64,000 bases of DNA from Hyaloraphidium curvatum SAG 235-1 (GCA_025558095.1 JAIVFI010000007.1:744001-808000), one strand, 5' to 3'. Shown: positions 1-11,915, numbered from the stretch's first letter. Notes: generated by a model from the letters alone, not told the origin. Made by a program: numbers and translations.

Positions 1-264
1 CGTCTCGGTGGAAATCACTTCCGTCGTCATCGTTGTAGCGACCAGGATCGGGTGCAGGTGCTGCTCGACGAAGCCCGGGAACACGCACAGCCCCGCGAAC
101 CGCGCGTCGACGGTGTGCGGCTCGCCGCCGAGCTCGGCGAGCACCTCGGCGAGGCTGCCCACCGCCGCGACGGTCCTGCCGCGCACAGCGACGGCTTCGG
201 CCTCGGCCGGCGCGCCCATCGTAAAGAAGCGGCCGGGATGATAAACCGTGACGGCCTCCGCCAT
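1..264 (-). CDS. Amidohydrolase 3 (YtcJ-like) family protein, 5' part; runs off the left edge
   Basis: Manual translation: MAEAVTVYHPGRFFTMGAPAEAEAVAVRGRTVAAVGS...VFPGFVEQHLHP. It has the AVAVRxGxIxAVG beta-sandwich strand and the PGFxxxHxH metal-binding motif. Not in the ORF track. Confidence 0.8.
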   Translation of the reverse strand, partial: MAEAVTVYHPGRFFTMGAPAEAEAVAVRGRTVAAVGSLAEVLAELGGEPHTVDARFAGLCVFPGFVEQHLHPILVATTMTTEVISTET

Positions 265-472
265 CGTCGTGGGTCGCTGGGGGCGTTGCGGAGTTGGGAT
301 GAAGGTGGTTCAGGGTCGCCGTCCGCGGACACGGTCCAATGTCCACATCCCCTTGCCCCCACAGCCCGTACCGCAATCGGCAATGTTGACCGGGCGGCAG
401 CTACTTTACATGGATTTCCAGGCCACGAGCGAAGCCTGTCCCTCGCTTCCCGTCGCGATTCGTGGCTGCCAT

Positions 473-1162
473 CTAGATGCAGGTGCTGTAAAGGTACGCC
501 ACGGAGCTGCCGACGTTGGGGCTAGCGGTGCACGTCGAGCCGTAGGCACAGAGGCAGACCAAGCTGCTGGAGTCCTGCAATCCGGGCCCGGGCCGTCAGG
601 CAGATCCTCGCGGCGATGGAAGCGCGCGCTCACCGTCACCCACAGCTCGGCCACGAAGGGGTCCCCGGCGGCCCACTGGTTGCCGCACAATGTCTTGCAC
701 TCGCCGATGTATCCCGCCGCCTTGGCGTCGGCCACGACGGCGCCGGAAGCTTTGAGCGTCGAGATGGAGTTCGTCTCGAGGCAGGAATTCGGCGGAGTGT
801 TCTCTTGCACCGACACGCAGAGGCCGTCGCCGTACCGCCTGTAGAGCGCCGAAGCGTAGCGGGGCGATGTCACGCAGGCGACCGAGCCCTGCGGCGCGTC
901 GGGGTGCGCGAACTCGCTGCGGTCCGTCAGCACGTGGAACGGAGGGGCGCGGCGGAACCGGGACCGACCAAAACGCGTCGACGTCGCAATCGCTGCAGCT
1001 GCGGGCGAAAATGACGCCGGCGGCGGGTGCGCTGGGCGGATGGCATCGTCAGCACCCAGCAGCCGACCGCGCGCGCGGCGCGGCTCACGCGTCGGCGTTG
1101 CGCGCGGCGCAGGCGAGCAGCCCAAAGAGAAGCAGCGCGCGGAGCTCGGTCCTCCTGATCAT
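473..1162 (-). CDS. Small secreted cysteine-rich protein, 4 exons
   Basis: Removing three GT-AG introns with CTGAC branch sites gives MIRRTELRALLLFGLLACAARNADAAPAAG...CSDCDVDAFC...ECKTLCGNQW...LVCLCAYGSTC...YSTCI*, with a signal peptide and about 12 Cys. Confidence 0.7.
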
Positions 1163-1212
1163 CGTGGCCGTGGGAGCAGATTGGAGATTGGACGGGGTCT
1201 GATGGTCTGATG

Positions 1213-1331
1213 GCGGGGTCTCGGCCCCGAGGCGATCGGTGCGGTAGGGCGGCTGGGCGGCCCGATTTCAATGCGGGGTCTCGGCCCCGAGGCGATCGGT
1301 GCGGTAGGGCGGCTGGACGGCCCGATTTCAA
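1213..1331. repeat. Tandem direct repeat, 60-bp period, 2 copies
   Basis: gcggggtctcggccccgaggcgatcggtgcggtagggcggctg(g/a)cggcccgatttcaa occurs at 1213 and 1273. Confidence 0.95.
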
Positions 1332-1399
1332 ACCAAGACAATATACACGAAAAGCGAAGCCTTGCCCCCCGAAATTTACCCTTCCATCTCGTAGAGCCA

Positions 1400-1890
1400 C
1401 TGAGCCGTGCCCTCCACCCGACGAAGCCGAGCCCGCCGTGGCGACGGGGCAAGAAGATCTGGTTCGTGAGGTCGCCATCTGCGGGCGTGTTGGGGGCCGG
1501 AAGATGAGTTTGAGGAACGCCCATAAGGGTGCGAAGGTACGTGTCGCGCATGGCCGCCCGGATTCGCTCCGCTTCCGGGGCCGTGATGCGGGCCGGCACG
1601 GTCTGCGCCGTGTAGGTGAACTGCAGGGCGAAGCACTTTTCCAGTACCTGGCCCAAGCTATGGCGAAGCGGCAGCTGGCGGCCGGCTGAGGTGACGAGGC
1701 CCTGCTGGAGAGCTCTCCCCGGGGAAAGAAGTATGTCGATGGTGCTCTGTGCGATGCCGTGGACGCGCTGCCGCAGGAAGTCGTCCGTGCCGATGGGGAT
1801 GCCGACAACGATGAAGCCGGCTGGGGAGTAGCGAAGGCGGTGTTCCTCCGCCATCGCGGCGAGGCGTTGGTGGGCGGTGGGAACAACCCG
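1400..1890 (-). mobile_element. Non-LTR retrotransposon relic (end of RT and thumb region; CRE/R2/NeSL-like)
   Basis: GFIVVGIPIGTDDF (the RT domain-7 LGxPIG motif) and QIFLPRRHGGLGF (the LPxxxGGLG motif) lie in ORF 1159..2292. No RT core or endonuclease is visible. Confidence 0.65.
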
Positions 1891-2481
1891 CCGGCCACCG
1901 CCCAGCCGCCGCCTCCGGCGCCAAGAACACAGGTTGGCAGTGCGCCAAGCCCCCGTCCCCAATGCCGATCCGCTGGTGGTGGATTGCTTGCCGATCTTAT
2001 CTTTCGCGATGGGCATCGCGTGGTGCACGAAACCTGGGTCCGCCAAGGCGGTGACAGGGACCAAGCCCGCCCGCACCCGATACTGCCGATAAGGACCACG
2101 ATGCAATGGACGCGGACCTTGGCGCATCAACTGATCCTTTGAAGGAGATACCGGCCTGGGTGGAGCATGGCCATCGGGAGTCGGTGGGAATTGACGTATC
2201 CGCGGCGTGGGATGATGTGAGCCATCCCGGGCCACCGCCATCGCTGTGGTGCAGAGCTTGCTGAAGGTGCGATTGCGACATCGAGAGCGCATCCAATAAC
2301 GTCCTGACCCATTCGTTCCATTAGCCTGCTTCCTCTTCCGGCGCGTCGAATGTTCAATGGAATGTTCCGCCGGCCACCCAAGGATATGTCCCCCACCGGC
2401 GAAAACTCCACGGAACCCGCTGCTTAGTCACGCCCGTCGGCCCACCAATCGCACTTGCAGCACCCCAACAACACCCGCGAA

Positions 2482-3843
2482 ATGGCCCCGTCCAAGAAGC
2501 TCTCGATGAAGTACCCGGCGCGTGGGTGGCCCGTCGTCCCGGCGCGCGCGCAACCTCACACCCCGACCCCGAACCCAGACGGAGAACCGTTGGTGCTCGT
2601 CGAGGAGGATCTCCCCGTTCCCGCGGGGAAGCAGGTGCTCCTCCGCGTGACCTCCGCCGGCGCATGCCATTCGGAGTGCGTCGCGGCCGCACGTCCCGCG
2701 CCGGACCTTGCTGACGAGCGGCCGGCACAGCATCCATCTCCACGAAGGCCTGCTGGACGTGGGCGCCAAGATCCCCTGGGCTACGATGGGCGTTCCGACC
2801 GCCAACCATGTCATGGGCCATGAGATCGCCGGAACGGTCGTGGCCAAGGGGCCCGATGCGGATGTGGAGATCGGGAGCTCGGTGGTGGCGTGGCCGTGGA
2901 TGGGCTGCATGAAGGCGGATTGCGAGGATTGCATGGCCGGGAACTTTGGGTTCGTTGTGTTCCGGCCATTGCACCACGCGCTAGCTGAGCAATCGTCCCG
3001 CGAAGCTGTTCCAACGGAAGCAACTGGCTCGGATGCCAGCAGGACGGCGGCTACGCAACTCACTGCCTGGTGCCTGAGGACCGATACTGCCTGCCGTACG
3101 CCTCCAGGGTCTCGGAGGAATTCGCGGCGACGATGGCGTGCTCCGGGCTCACTGCGTACGGCGCCGTCAAGAGAGCCCTCGGCGGTCTTCCCAAGGGGTT
3201 CAGCGACGCCGCGCCGCTGCTCATCGTCGGCGCGGGCGGCTTGGGGCTGCAGGCTGTCGGCGTCGTCCGCGCGCTGTTCCCGGAATACAAGCCCGCCGTC
3301 GCCGACATCGATACCAAGAAACGCGAGGTGGCGGTGGAGGCCGGCGCGGGGCTGGCGATCGACCCCGCGGACGCGGAGCAGATGGCAAAGCTCTCGCCGC
3401 TCGGCGGGGGGCCGGGCTTCGTGAGGGTGATCGACTTTGTCGGCAACGGCAAGTCCATCGAGGTGTGCCGGGCGCTGCGATCCGTGTCACGAGCTGTTGC
3501 TCATGGCATTCGCCCTCCCGCTCCTCATTACACACCCCGCTCTTTGCAGACGGCGGTCGCGCTCGGCCGCCTCAACGCATGCAAGATCGTTGTGTGCGGC
3601 CTGTTTGGGGGCAACGCCACCATCCCCGTCTCGCGCTTCGTGCTGGGTCTCCAGATCGCGGGCCACGGCGCCGGCAGCGTGACGGATCTCAAGGAGCTGC
3701 TGGCTCTCGCTGGCGAGGGCAAGATCAAGTCGCTGCCGATCCAGAAGAGGAAGCTCGGCGACTCCCTTTCTTTTCTTCCCTTCTTCCCCCCTCCATTTCT
3801 CCCGGTGGCACGGATCGGCCAGTCACGGCACGTCCAAGATTGA
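2482..3843 (+). CDS. Zinc-binding alcohol dehydrogenase (MDR superfamily), multi-exon; 3' end uncertain
   Basis: AGACHS, GHEIAGTVV, PWMGCxxxxCxxC, CSGLTAY and GAGGLG motifs are spread over three ORF-track frames joined by short introns. Confidence 0.85.
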
Positions 3844-3952
3844 CGCAGGCTACAGGAGGAATCATAACTGCGAGCCAGCGTCTCCCTCCATTTCCGCTGC
3901 CAGGCATGCTGCCGTACGGTCCACGGTCGCCACAATGCCGCCCTCATTGCCC

Positions 3953-4444
3953 TCACTGCGTCTGCACGTCCTCGACCCCCTCCGCCGGCCCCAACCACGC
4001 GTGCCTGCTGACCGTGTGGTACCATTTCTCCGGCTTCGGGAAACCGGCGTCCCCGAACGTCCCCACGAAGATCCCCAGCACGCCGGGCAGCACATCCAGC
4101 TCCCTGCACACGGGCGTCCCGCAGTTGCCGCAGAACCGCGTGCGGAACTCCCTCCCCGCGTCGCCGACGGCCTTGTACTCCTTCAGCTCATTTTTGCCAG
4201 ATGTGAACGCGACGCGGTCGACCGGATAGAAGGCCGAGTACGTCAGAGCGGAGCCCGAGGTGCGCTGGTTGGGCATCGCGGTTAGCTGTAGGTGATAGAG
4301 CAGACGAACGGCAAACGCGACGCTCACCTGGCACGAGTGGCACGAGCACGCGTTGATGCCCCCCGGCGCGCCGCGCGCGACGATGGTGACGCGGCCGCAG
4401 TGGCAGCGCGCCGTGCGCGTGGCGGCGGAGGCGTCGTCGGCCAT
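3953..4444 (-). CDS. GFA / Mss4-like (CENP-V) zinc protein, one in-frame intron
   Basis: CHCG, CSCHSCQ and RFCGNCGTP motifs; gtgagc...ctaac...cag intron near 4266-4327. Confidence 0.9.
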   Translation of the reverse strand: MADDASAATRTARCHCGRVTIVARGAPGGINACSCHSCQVSVAFAVRLLYHLQLTAMPNQRTSGSALTYSAFYPVDRVAFTSGKNELKEYKAVGDAGREFRTRFCGNCGTPVCRELDVLPGVLGIFVGTFGDAGFPKPEKWYHTVSRHAWLGPAEGVEDVQTQ

Positions 4445-5229
4445 TGGAGGGGGAGGCGGCGGTGGTGGGGGGCACTCGGGCGGACGGGCGGATTCGGGTT
4501 TTCGCGCGGTGGCGGGCGCCTTTCAAAGTGCGGCGATCGGCCCGTGGGGGACAATTCAAACGATCGTGACTGCTTTCGAGTGCGATGCATTGCACCTTCT
4601 GTTTCCCTGGTTTCCGATGGAACAAGGGGAGGGGACGCGGTGCGAATGAGGCAGGTCGGCGAATCTAACTGCGAAGCCAACCAAATCCAGCACCGTGCCG
4701 CCGCGCCGAGGCGTTGCCGGCGGGCCTCTCCGGCACGAAAGCCGCATTAATGTGTTGGCACAAGTGGCGTGGGCATTCGGCCGCAGGGGTCGTGGACACG
4801 GGCGGGTCAGCACGGCGACTCGGAGATCGCCGAGGCTCGGCAACCGCGCTCAAGGAATGTCCGGGCCCGAAAAGGCGGATACAGGCGCGAACTACAAAGA
4901 GTTGCACCGGCCAGCGTGGTTGCCGAAGGACGCGGGGTCGAACGCGTCGGCTGCTCCCGCTGCCAAACTATCTGAGTTGGCGTGGACTTGGACGGTTGTC
5001 AGTGCGCCAGGGCAAGCCTTGGGGTCGTTGGAATGCCCTGCGATCCCGGCCAAACCATCGGGCGGGCCGAGATGTTCACTTTCCGCGCCGCCACAAGCTC
5101 CATCGCCCTCCTCTTCCAGCGCCTCGCTTGCCTCGCGGGTCACGTGATTGTGGCCAATCGGCGGGACAACCCCGCCGATCCCAGACGGCGCTTGCCGATC
5201 CGCTGGGCCGCCCTCTGGACCCCTGCAAC

Positions 5230-6600
5230 ATGCCCCCCGCGCCGCCCTCCGAGGCCGCCGGGCTGTCGTCGCTGCCGCCCGAGCTGCTCCGCGACATCCT
5301 GCGGCGCACGGCGCGGCGCGACCTCGCCGCGTGCGCGCTGGTGCCGGAGCTGCACGCGGTCGCGACGGAGCTGCTGTGGGACGCGGCGGAACTCGACGGG
5401 ACGCGGATTGCGGGGCGGCTGCCGGCCGGGGAGGCGCATGCGCTGCTCGCGCGGTGCCTCGCGGGCCGCGGAGGGCTGCACGACTACGGCCGGCTGGTCC
5501 GCGGCCTCGCCGTGTCGGCGCCGGCCGGCGTGGGCGAGGCGCTGCTCGCAGACGTCTTCCGCCGCGCCACCGGTGGCCGCCTGCGCGCGCTGCGCATCGG
5601 CGCCGGCTTCGACGACGGCGCCCGCGTGGCCGCTCGCGCTCTTGGCGCCGCGAAAGGGCTGCACGCGCAGATCGCCGACCTGGAGCTGCTCGGCGCCTGG
5701 TCGTGCCAGGCCGACCGCATACTGGACCTCGTCGCGCCGTTCCGTGGGCTGCGCCGCTTCTCCCTCGGCTTCGGCGACTCGTTCCGCGACTCGGGCGCGC
5801 CCCTGGTCGTCGAACGAGTGATCGCAAACAACCCGCACCTGGCCTCCCTCGGCCTCGCCGACTTTCCCGGGCGCCTCCGCCCGCCCCTGCTCTCCCTCTT
5901 CTCCTCCCTCCGCACGCTGCACCTCGCACGCGCCTACCTGCTGATCGCCCCGCGCGACCTCGCCCGGTGCCTCCCCTCGCTGCTGCACCTCTCCCTGGAC
6001 CGCGTCGACATCGAGCACCCCTCGCCCTCCGCCGCCGACCCGCCGTACCTGTCGGGACTGACGGATCATCTGCCGTCGTCGCTGGCGTCGTTCTCGGTCG
6101 GTGCGGGATGCCATCACTGCGCGGGAGGCCAGTTTGCGCCCTACAAGGGGGACGTCGGGGTGCTAAGGGGGCAGGAGGGGGTGAGGGAGGTCAGGCTGGC
6201 GTCGGCGAGCCCGGGATTTCTCGAGAGGGGATTCAAGGCGCTGGAAGTGCTCGAGATCGGCGCGTGGGAGGACTGCGAGGGGCAGGAAGGCGGTGAGGGC
6301 GAGGGAGGCTGCTCTCTGCCTGCGCTGCACATGCTGGCGATCCCCGCGTCTCCCTCCCCCTTGCTCGCAATGCTCTCACAGCCGAATGCTTTCCCCGCGC
6401 TCCGCAGTTTGCGGCTGACGGGCGCCGGGCGCGGCCCGGAAGCAGTGAAGCTCGTTGCGTCCACAGCGGAATCGCATCCGGGGCTCAGGGAGGTCGAGGT
6501 CGGCGTGCGCGGGCGGCCTGGCACGGAGCTGGAGGAGGGTTTGAGGGAGCTGGGACAGAGGTTCCCGCGGGCGACGTTTTCAGTCGCCACCAAGGGGTGA
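5230..6600 (+). CDS. F-box-like / leucine-rich repeat protein, intronless
   Basis: LSSLPPELLRDIL...LAACALV...ATELLW F-box followed by LxxLxL repeats. Confidence 0.75.
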   Translation: MPPAPPSEAAGLSSLPPELLRDILRRTARRDLAACALVPELHAVATELLWDAAELDGTRIAGRLPAGEAHALLARCLAGRGGLHDYGRLVRGLAVSAPAGVGEALLADVFRRATGGRLRALRIGAGFDDGARVAARALGAAKGLHAQIADLELLGAWSCQADRILDLVAPFRGLRRFSLGFGDSFRDSGAPLVVERVIANNPHLASLGLADFPGRLRPPLLSLFSSLRTLHLARAYLLIAPRDLARCLPSLLHLSLDRVDIEHPSPSAADPPYLSGLTDHLPSSLASFSVGAGCHHCAGGQFAPYKGDVGVLRGQEGVREVRLASASPGFLERGFKALEVLEIGAWEDCEGQEGGEGEGGCSLPALHMLAIPASPSPLLAMLSQPNAFPALRSLRLTGAGRGPEAVKLVASTAESHPGLREVEVGVRGRPGTELEEGLRELGQRFPRATFSVATKG

Positions 6601-6734
6601 TCGGTGTCGGACTGCGGATCAGATCGGACATGGATGTGATCACTTTGCGTAATCGTTGCTAGATTAATGCTTGTTGGAAACACCACTATTTGACACTGCA
6701 TAGACGTACAATACGCTCTTCACGTCGGTTGCTA

Positions 6735-7961
6735 TCACTTTGCCCCCTCCACCGCCTCGAAGCAGTACCTCCCCGCGTTCCACCTCCACCTCCCCCCTTC
6801 CTCCCCCCTGACCTCGATCTCGCACCCCGCCTCGTCGAACGGCATCCTGCCCGCCTCCCTCAGCGCAAACAGCAGCATCGCCGCCCTGCGGAGCATCCCC
6901 GCCGCGTCGGCCGCCGGGACGCCGGCGAGCACGAGGGAGGAGAGGCGGGGGGGCAGCGGGCCGGCGAGGATGCCGGCGAGGGACTGCGGGCGGCACGGCG
7001 AGACGGTGAGGGTGCGGAGGGTGGGGGGGGAGAGGAGGGCGGCGAGGGCGCGGTGCCAGTCCGGGTCCAGCAGGGGGTCGGTGAAGGAGGCCGAGTGCAG
7101 GGAGACGGCTTCGGGGGCGTAGGAGGGGTGCGCGGCGAGGGCGAGGGCTGCAGGGAGGGCGGAGGGGTCCCCGTGGAAGGTGGCGAGGGAGAGGCGGCGC
7201 AGGGGTCCGGTGTGGGGGGGAAGGGAGGGGACAAAGGGGCACGACAGGGAGAGGGAGGCGGTCGCGGGGGCGGCGAGGAGGGTGGCGTGCAGGGTGGCGG
7301 GGTCCGCGGCGCGGAGATGCAGGCAGGCGGTGGAGGGCGGGATCGCGGCGGGTTGGTCGCGGCGGAGGCGGAGGGAGAGGGAGCACGGGACCGCGGCAAG
7401 GCGGGGCGGAAGGTCGGCCAAAGCGACGGCCGGGCCGCGCAGCGTCCACGAGCGGAGTTGCGGGGCTCGGGCGAGAAGAGGGAGCAGGGCGTCCGGGAGG
7501 GCGGGGCTGTCGCCGGCGTACGAAAGCAGGAAGGATTCCAGGGCCGAAAGGCTCGGGCTGCCGGCCTTGGCGAGTTCCGTCCCCAGCTCGGCCGCAATTG
7601 CCTCCGTCACGCTGCCCACCTCGTCTGCCTCGTCCACCTGCACGACCAGGGTCTGCAGCCGGGGGCATTTTTCCAGCAGCGCCGCCACGAGCGCGCCCCA
7701 CCCGGTCCCCTTCCCCGCAATCACGTGCGCCCGCCTGACGTGCCTCCCCGCCCTTCCCACCACCTCCTTCCATTTTCCCGGCGTCCGCCGCATGTCCATC
7801 TCCAGCCCGCCCATGAGCACCGGGTCGCCAAGCGCCCGCATGCCCCGCGATGCGGCCGTTAGCCGCGCCAGGGTCGCCTCGCTGCGCGCCGCCTTGAGCG
7901 CCTCCATGACCGGCAAGAACAGCTCCGCAGGGAGCGCAATGGGCGAATGCACGTTGGCCAT
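6735..7961 (-). CDS. F-box-like / LRR protein, intronless
   Basis: MANVHSPIALPAELFLPVMEAL...TLARLTAASRGM N-terminus; CPRLQTL and PQLRSW LRR-like units. Confidence 0.65.
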   Translation of the reverse strand: MANVHSPIALPAELFLPVMEALKAARSEATLARLTAASRGMRALGDPVLMGGLEMDMRRTPGKWKEVVGRAGRHVRRAHVIAGKGTGWGALVAALLEKCPRLQTLVVQVDEADEVGSVTEAIAAELGTELAKAGSPSLSALESFLLSYAGDSPALPDALLPLLARAPQLRSWTLRGPAVALADLPPRLAAVPCSLSLRLRRDQPAAIPPSTACLHLRAADPATLHATLLAAPATASLSLSCPFVPSLPPHTGPLRRLSLATFHGDPSALPAALALAAHPSYAPEAVSLHSASFTDPLLDPDWHRALAALLSPPTLRTLTVSPCRPQSLAGILAGPLPPRLSSLVLAGVPAADAAGMLRRAAMLLFALREAGRMPFDEAGCEIEVRGEEGGRWRWNAGRYCFEAVEGAK

Positions 7962-8361
7962 GGCGTTGCGGAGGAGCGGCGGCCGGGGGGAGATTCGGGA
8001 CGGTTCGGTTCGGAGATGTTGGTTGGCCGGGCTGGTGCTGGGACCGATGACGGCGATCCCCGGTCCGTGACGATCGCACACGGTTCCTTGGCGGAAAATG
8101 GGCAATCTGTTGCTATGACGTCTCCGATCAACGGGAGAAGCTCCCTGGCGCATTCCGGGTGCAGGAGACCGCGGATGCGGCGACGCGGCCATCTTCCCGT
8201 GACCGCTTCGACAACAATGGGAATTGAAGACGGCGATACCATTTGGGCGGCCGATCGTGCCTCTTCTCGGAGGATCAACTTAGTCAGCAGCAATGCAGAG
8301 CATTGTACGTCCCGCAACAATCCAACGGCGATGCCCACCAACGACCCCGGCCCGCCGCAGC

Positions 8362-9642
8362 TCACTCCTCGTGTACCGCCTCCCCCGCAATGCCGTTGGC
8401 AGTCTTGGCATCGGCGGACTTCTGGCGCAGCCCGCCCTTGAGCGAGGCCCGGTGCTTGAAGTACGGGCCCGCGGTGCCAAAGAGCCAGTCCCACAGGGCG
8501 AAGCCGGCGTTGATGCCGTCTGCATGGGCGGGCAAAAAGTCAGTGATCGCGAGCAAAAGGGAGCACGTGCGGCAGGATACCCACAGTTTCCGTCAAACTG
8601 CTCGTGGTGGCTGCGAGGGCGTGGGAACGAGGCGGTCAGCGTGCGGTCCTTGTCCGTTGGCGGCTGCCGCGGACCCACAAGTCGTGGAACTTGGCGTCGT
8701 TGAAGAACGGCACGTCGTACTAAAGACCGGGACAAATCAGCCCCGATCCGATCGAACGCTCCAACCCCACGTACCCCGCAGTGCGCCTGCACGGCGCGCA
8801 CGCCCTGCCAGACCATGAAGAACCACAGGATCACGGGGTGCGCGCCCGAGAGGGCGATCGGGACCGCGGCGGGGAGCGAGTTGTTGATGACGAGGTCGAA
8901 CGGGGTGGTGTAGAAGGAGGCCATGCCGAAGGTGGACTTGTTCTCGTGGTGCATCTGCGGGGCGGGAGTCCGTCAGGGCGGGGCGGCGCAGGGCAAAGCA
9001 GTGGCGGCGAACCTTGTGCATCCACTTGTAGAACCAGCGGTGGTGCGAGATCCGGTGGCCGACGTAGAAGAGGAACTCGACGGCCAGCTGGGCCGAGGCG
9101 GTCAGACGGTCGCCGATCGCGGTCCGCTGGTCACCCACCTCCAGGCCGACGAACGTCGCCACGGCGCGCAGCGGGTCCGGCAGCGAGCGCAGCCCCTTCT
9201 TGTCGACGTTCCTCGCCCAGACGGGGATCATGAACCTGGCCGAGATGACGCCCAGGGCAAGGTGGCCGGTGACCGCCACCAGCGCCGTCTTGAGCCAATG
9301 CCGCAGCGTCGGCGGCTCGGTGTCGGGCTGCACGCGGCGGTCGTAGACCCATTTGGGCCAGCGGGTCGCGTCGACGAAGGTGTAGGCGAGCATCGGCACC
9401 CAGTGTGCGGCGACGAAGAGCAGCTTGGGGACCGTGAAGAGGTACTTTGCCAGCGCCTCGCCGTCGCCGCCAGGGAAGCGCGAAAGGACGTCGGCGTAGA
9501 AGCGGCCGAAGGCCGGGGACCGCGTCGCCCACGCGAGCGCGAGCAAGTAGCAACCGGGCTGCACGGCCTCTTTCCAGTCGAACGCCATGGCGAGGTCCGA
9601 CGGGGCGTCGGCCTCTGCGGGCTTGGAGAGCGCGCCGGGCAT
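8362..9642 (-). CDS. Fatty acid hydroxylase / sterol desaturase family (ERG25/FAXDC2-like), multi-exon
   Basis: His boxes HRISH, HKMHH, AHCG and HDFHH plus GNYG...WDWLFGT assemble after removing five short introns. Confidence 0.88.
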
Positions 9643-9863
9643 CTTGGACGGCGGGAGGGATGGGAGACGCGGAATGTGCGGCGGCGGAATGATATCGAGG
9701 TCGTGCTTTCGTTGCCACGCGGCAAATTCGGGGCTCTTGGCAAATTGCCAGCCAGCCGTCCCCCGCAATGCCTCCCATCCCCGAAGGCGATTGATCGGAG
9801 AGTCGAATCGATGAAGAAAGAGCTGCCACAAAGTGTCTGCACGCCGCCGTCTGTACCGTCCCA

Positions 9864-10774
9864 TCAGTCCAGGCGGCGGACCACGTTCCTGGCCGTGGTC
9901 CTCCTGAAGGTGAAGGAGAGGCGTTCTCCTCCCTCTTTGCCCTTCTGCTTGGGAATCTCGTGCATCCACTTCTTGTTGGTCTTTCCGGAGATGACGTAGA
10001 GGCTCCTGGATGCGGATGCGGCGGGAACGCGGAATGACGTCAGGCGAAGGAGTTGCGCCACGCGAATCTCGCTCTGCCAACCAACCTGTTTGGGAGGGTA
10101 ATAGGGACTTTGTAATCCGTTCGCTTGTCGTGCTCGTCGAGCTCCCACATATTCAGCGTCCTCGGATCGTCCCCGAACGAGACGCCTGCGATCGGCGCCC
10201 CCTCATCGTTCTCGTCGTCCGTGTGCGCCCCGATCCCGGCCCGGAAGTCGCGGTAATGCTGCACCACGACGTACTGGAATCCGCCCTCTGGCTTGACAAT
10301 CTGTTCGACAAGGTCCATGAGCCTCGCGATGGCGGGAAACTCGCGCCACGGGTCCGGCCGGTGCAGCTTGACGCCTCCGTCCGGAAAGCGCACATCGTAT
10401 ACGATGCTGCCGATGCAGCAGCTCCTCCTTCCCGAACGGCTGGGCTCGAAATCATTGTCAAAATCTTCGCGGCTCCAGTTGGCATGCCTGAGGGCCCTCA
10501 TCGCCTTCTCGAAAGTGAGGTCGGTGGTCAGACCGGTGTACAGGAGAACCGTATTCTCGTCGTCGAGGCGGAAGAGCTCGACGTTCCTGAACGGATGGCA
10601 CGGGTCGCAGAGCCTAAGGGCCACAGGCGCTGGGCGTGGGGCGGGCGTCGAAGCCTGGGTCGCCGGTCCGCGTTCCGCGGGGCCTTTCTCGGCGGCCGCC
10701 GGCGGCCCCTCCCCGCGTCGGTTCTTGGAGGGCTCTTCGGGGAGGAGAAGAGTGCGCATCGCGGCCAAGTCCAT
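9864..10774 (-). CDS. AlkB-family 2OG-Fe(II) dioxygenase, one intron
   Basis: HYRD..GIGAHTDDE (HxD), IAGVSFG, SLYVISG..WMHEI (distal His) and RLSFTFR (Rx5R). Confidence 0.85.
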
Positions 10775-10910
10775 CGTGGCGTCGGCGGGCCTGCGGCAGT
10801 TGCTCTGAGTGTCACGCGAGCGGAGTCGAGTCGATTTCCCGCTGGCTCGCAGCACATCGGCACATCGGACCAGACGGCACGGTTTCACCATTCTGCACCG
10901 CCATTAGATC

Positions 10911-11915
10911 ATGGATAAACCTCGCCATCTCACCTCCAAAGTTCCCGCCCATATCTCCCTGGCGCCGGACGAGGGCTGCTCCGCTGCCCTCACGCCCGCG
11001 GAAGGCTCCCCGACCGATGACGCATCCTCGCTCCCAACCGCCACCGCCGAGCCTCCCTCGCCGTGCTTCCCTCCCGACGTTTTCGCGCATGTCGGGAGGT
11101 TCTTCGGCCCGGGGACGAAGCAACTGCTGGAGTGTTCGCTCGCGTCGCGCGGACTCTTCGAGCTGCTGGCTCCACGGCTGTACCGGGCCTTCCTGCCCCG
11201 CCGCGGTGCAGGAAGATGAAGGAGTACCTGGCGACGTGGGAGAAGGACGACCGTTTCCGCTACGCGAAGCGCCTCGACTGTTCGGGCGGCGGGTCGGTGG
11301 ACGCTTCCCACTTCGAGCGAATGCTCCGCGGATGCCGCAACGCCGAGACCGCGAGGCTGTACATCGAGCCCACGAGTCACCTGCACTTGTTTGCGGCAGC
11401 TAGCTTCCCGGCACTGGTCCGGTTGGACCTGTGCTTGCAACCCGAGCATCCAGATGCTGAGCGACCCCCTGCGCCCTGACCTGCGCTTCTCGCTCCCAGC
11501 GCTCCGCGAACTGCGCTTCGAGGCCATGTTTTCGGAGCCGATCATGACGGCCCTCGGGTCCGAGTCGTGCCCAGCGCTGGAGATCGTTCACCTGGAGCTG
11601 TACGGCTCCGAAAGCCGCTTCCCCTGGTTGCCGTCCTTCCTGAGCAAGATCGTCTCGATCAAGAGCGAAGACCATGAGCTGATCCGCACGCTGGCGGGAA
11701 ACCCCTCGTTTGTTTCCTTGATAGTGGGCCTGGCTTTCGACGACGGGGAGCCAACCCTGGCTGTGGATGAGCAGACCCTGGCCGCGGCCGGTCTTCCGGC
11801 TCCCCTCGGTCGCCCGCCTCGAGATCGGCACCCTCGACGCCACGCTCCTCGCCGAAACTCCTCCGCATGCGAACCTGAAGGAGCTTTCCGTTCGGCACCT
11901 GGAGCTAGGTCTCCA
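10911..11915 (+). pseudogene. F-box-like/LRR gene, frameshifted and 3'-truncated; paralog of 20645..21830
   Basis: PCFPPDVFAHVGRFF..LLECSLASRGLFELLAPRLY. The coding sequence is split across ORFs 10911, 11063, 11391 and 11767. Confidence 0.7.

Noticed and set aside
1213-1331. CRISPR-like or att-like repeat
   Set aside because: Only two adjacent copies with no spacer, in a eukaryotic context with no cas or integrase gene.
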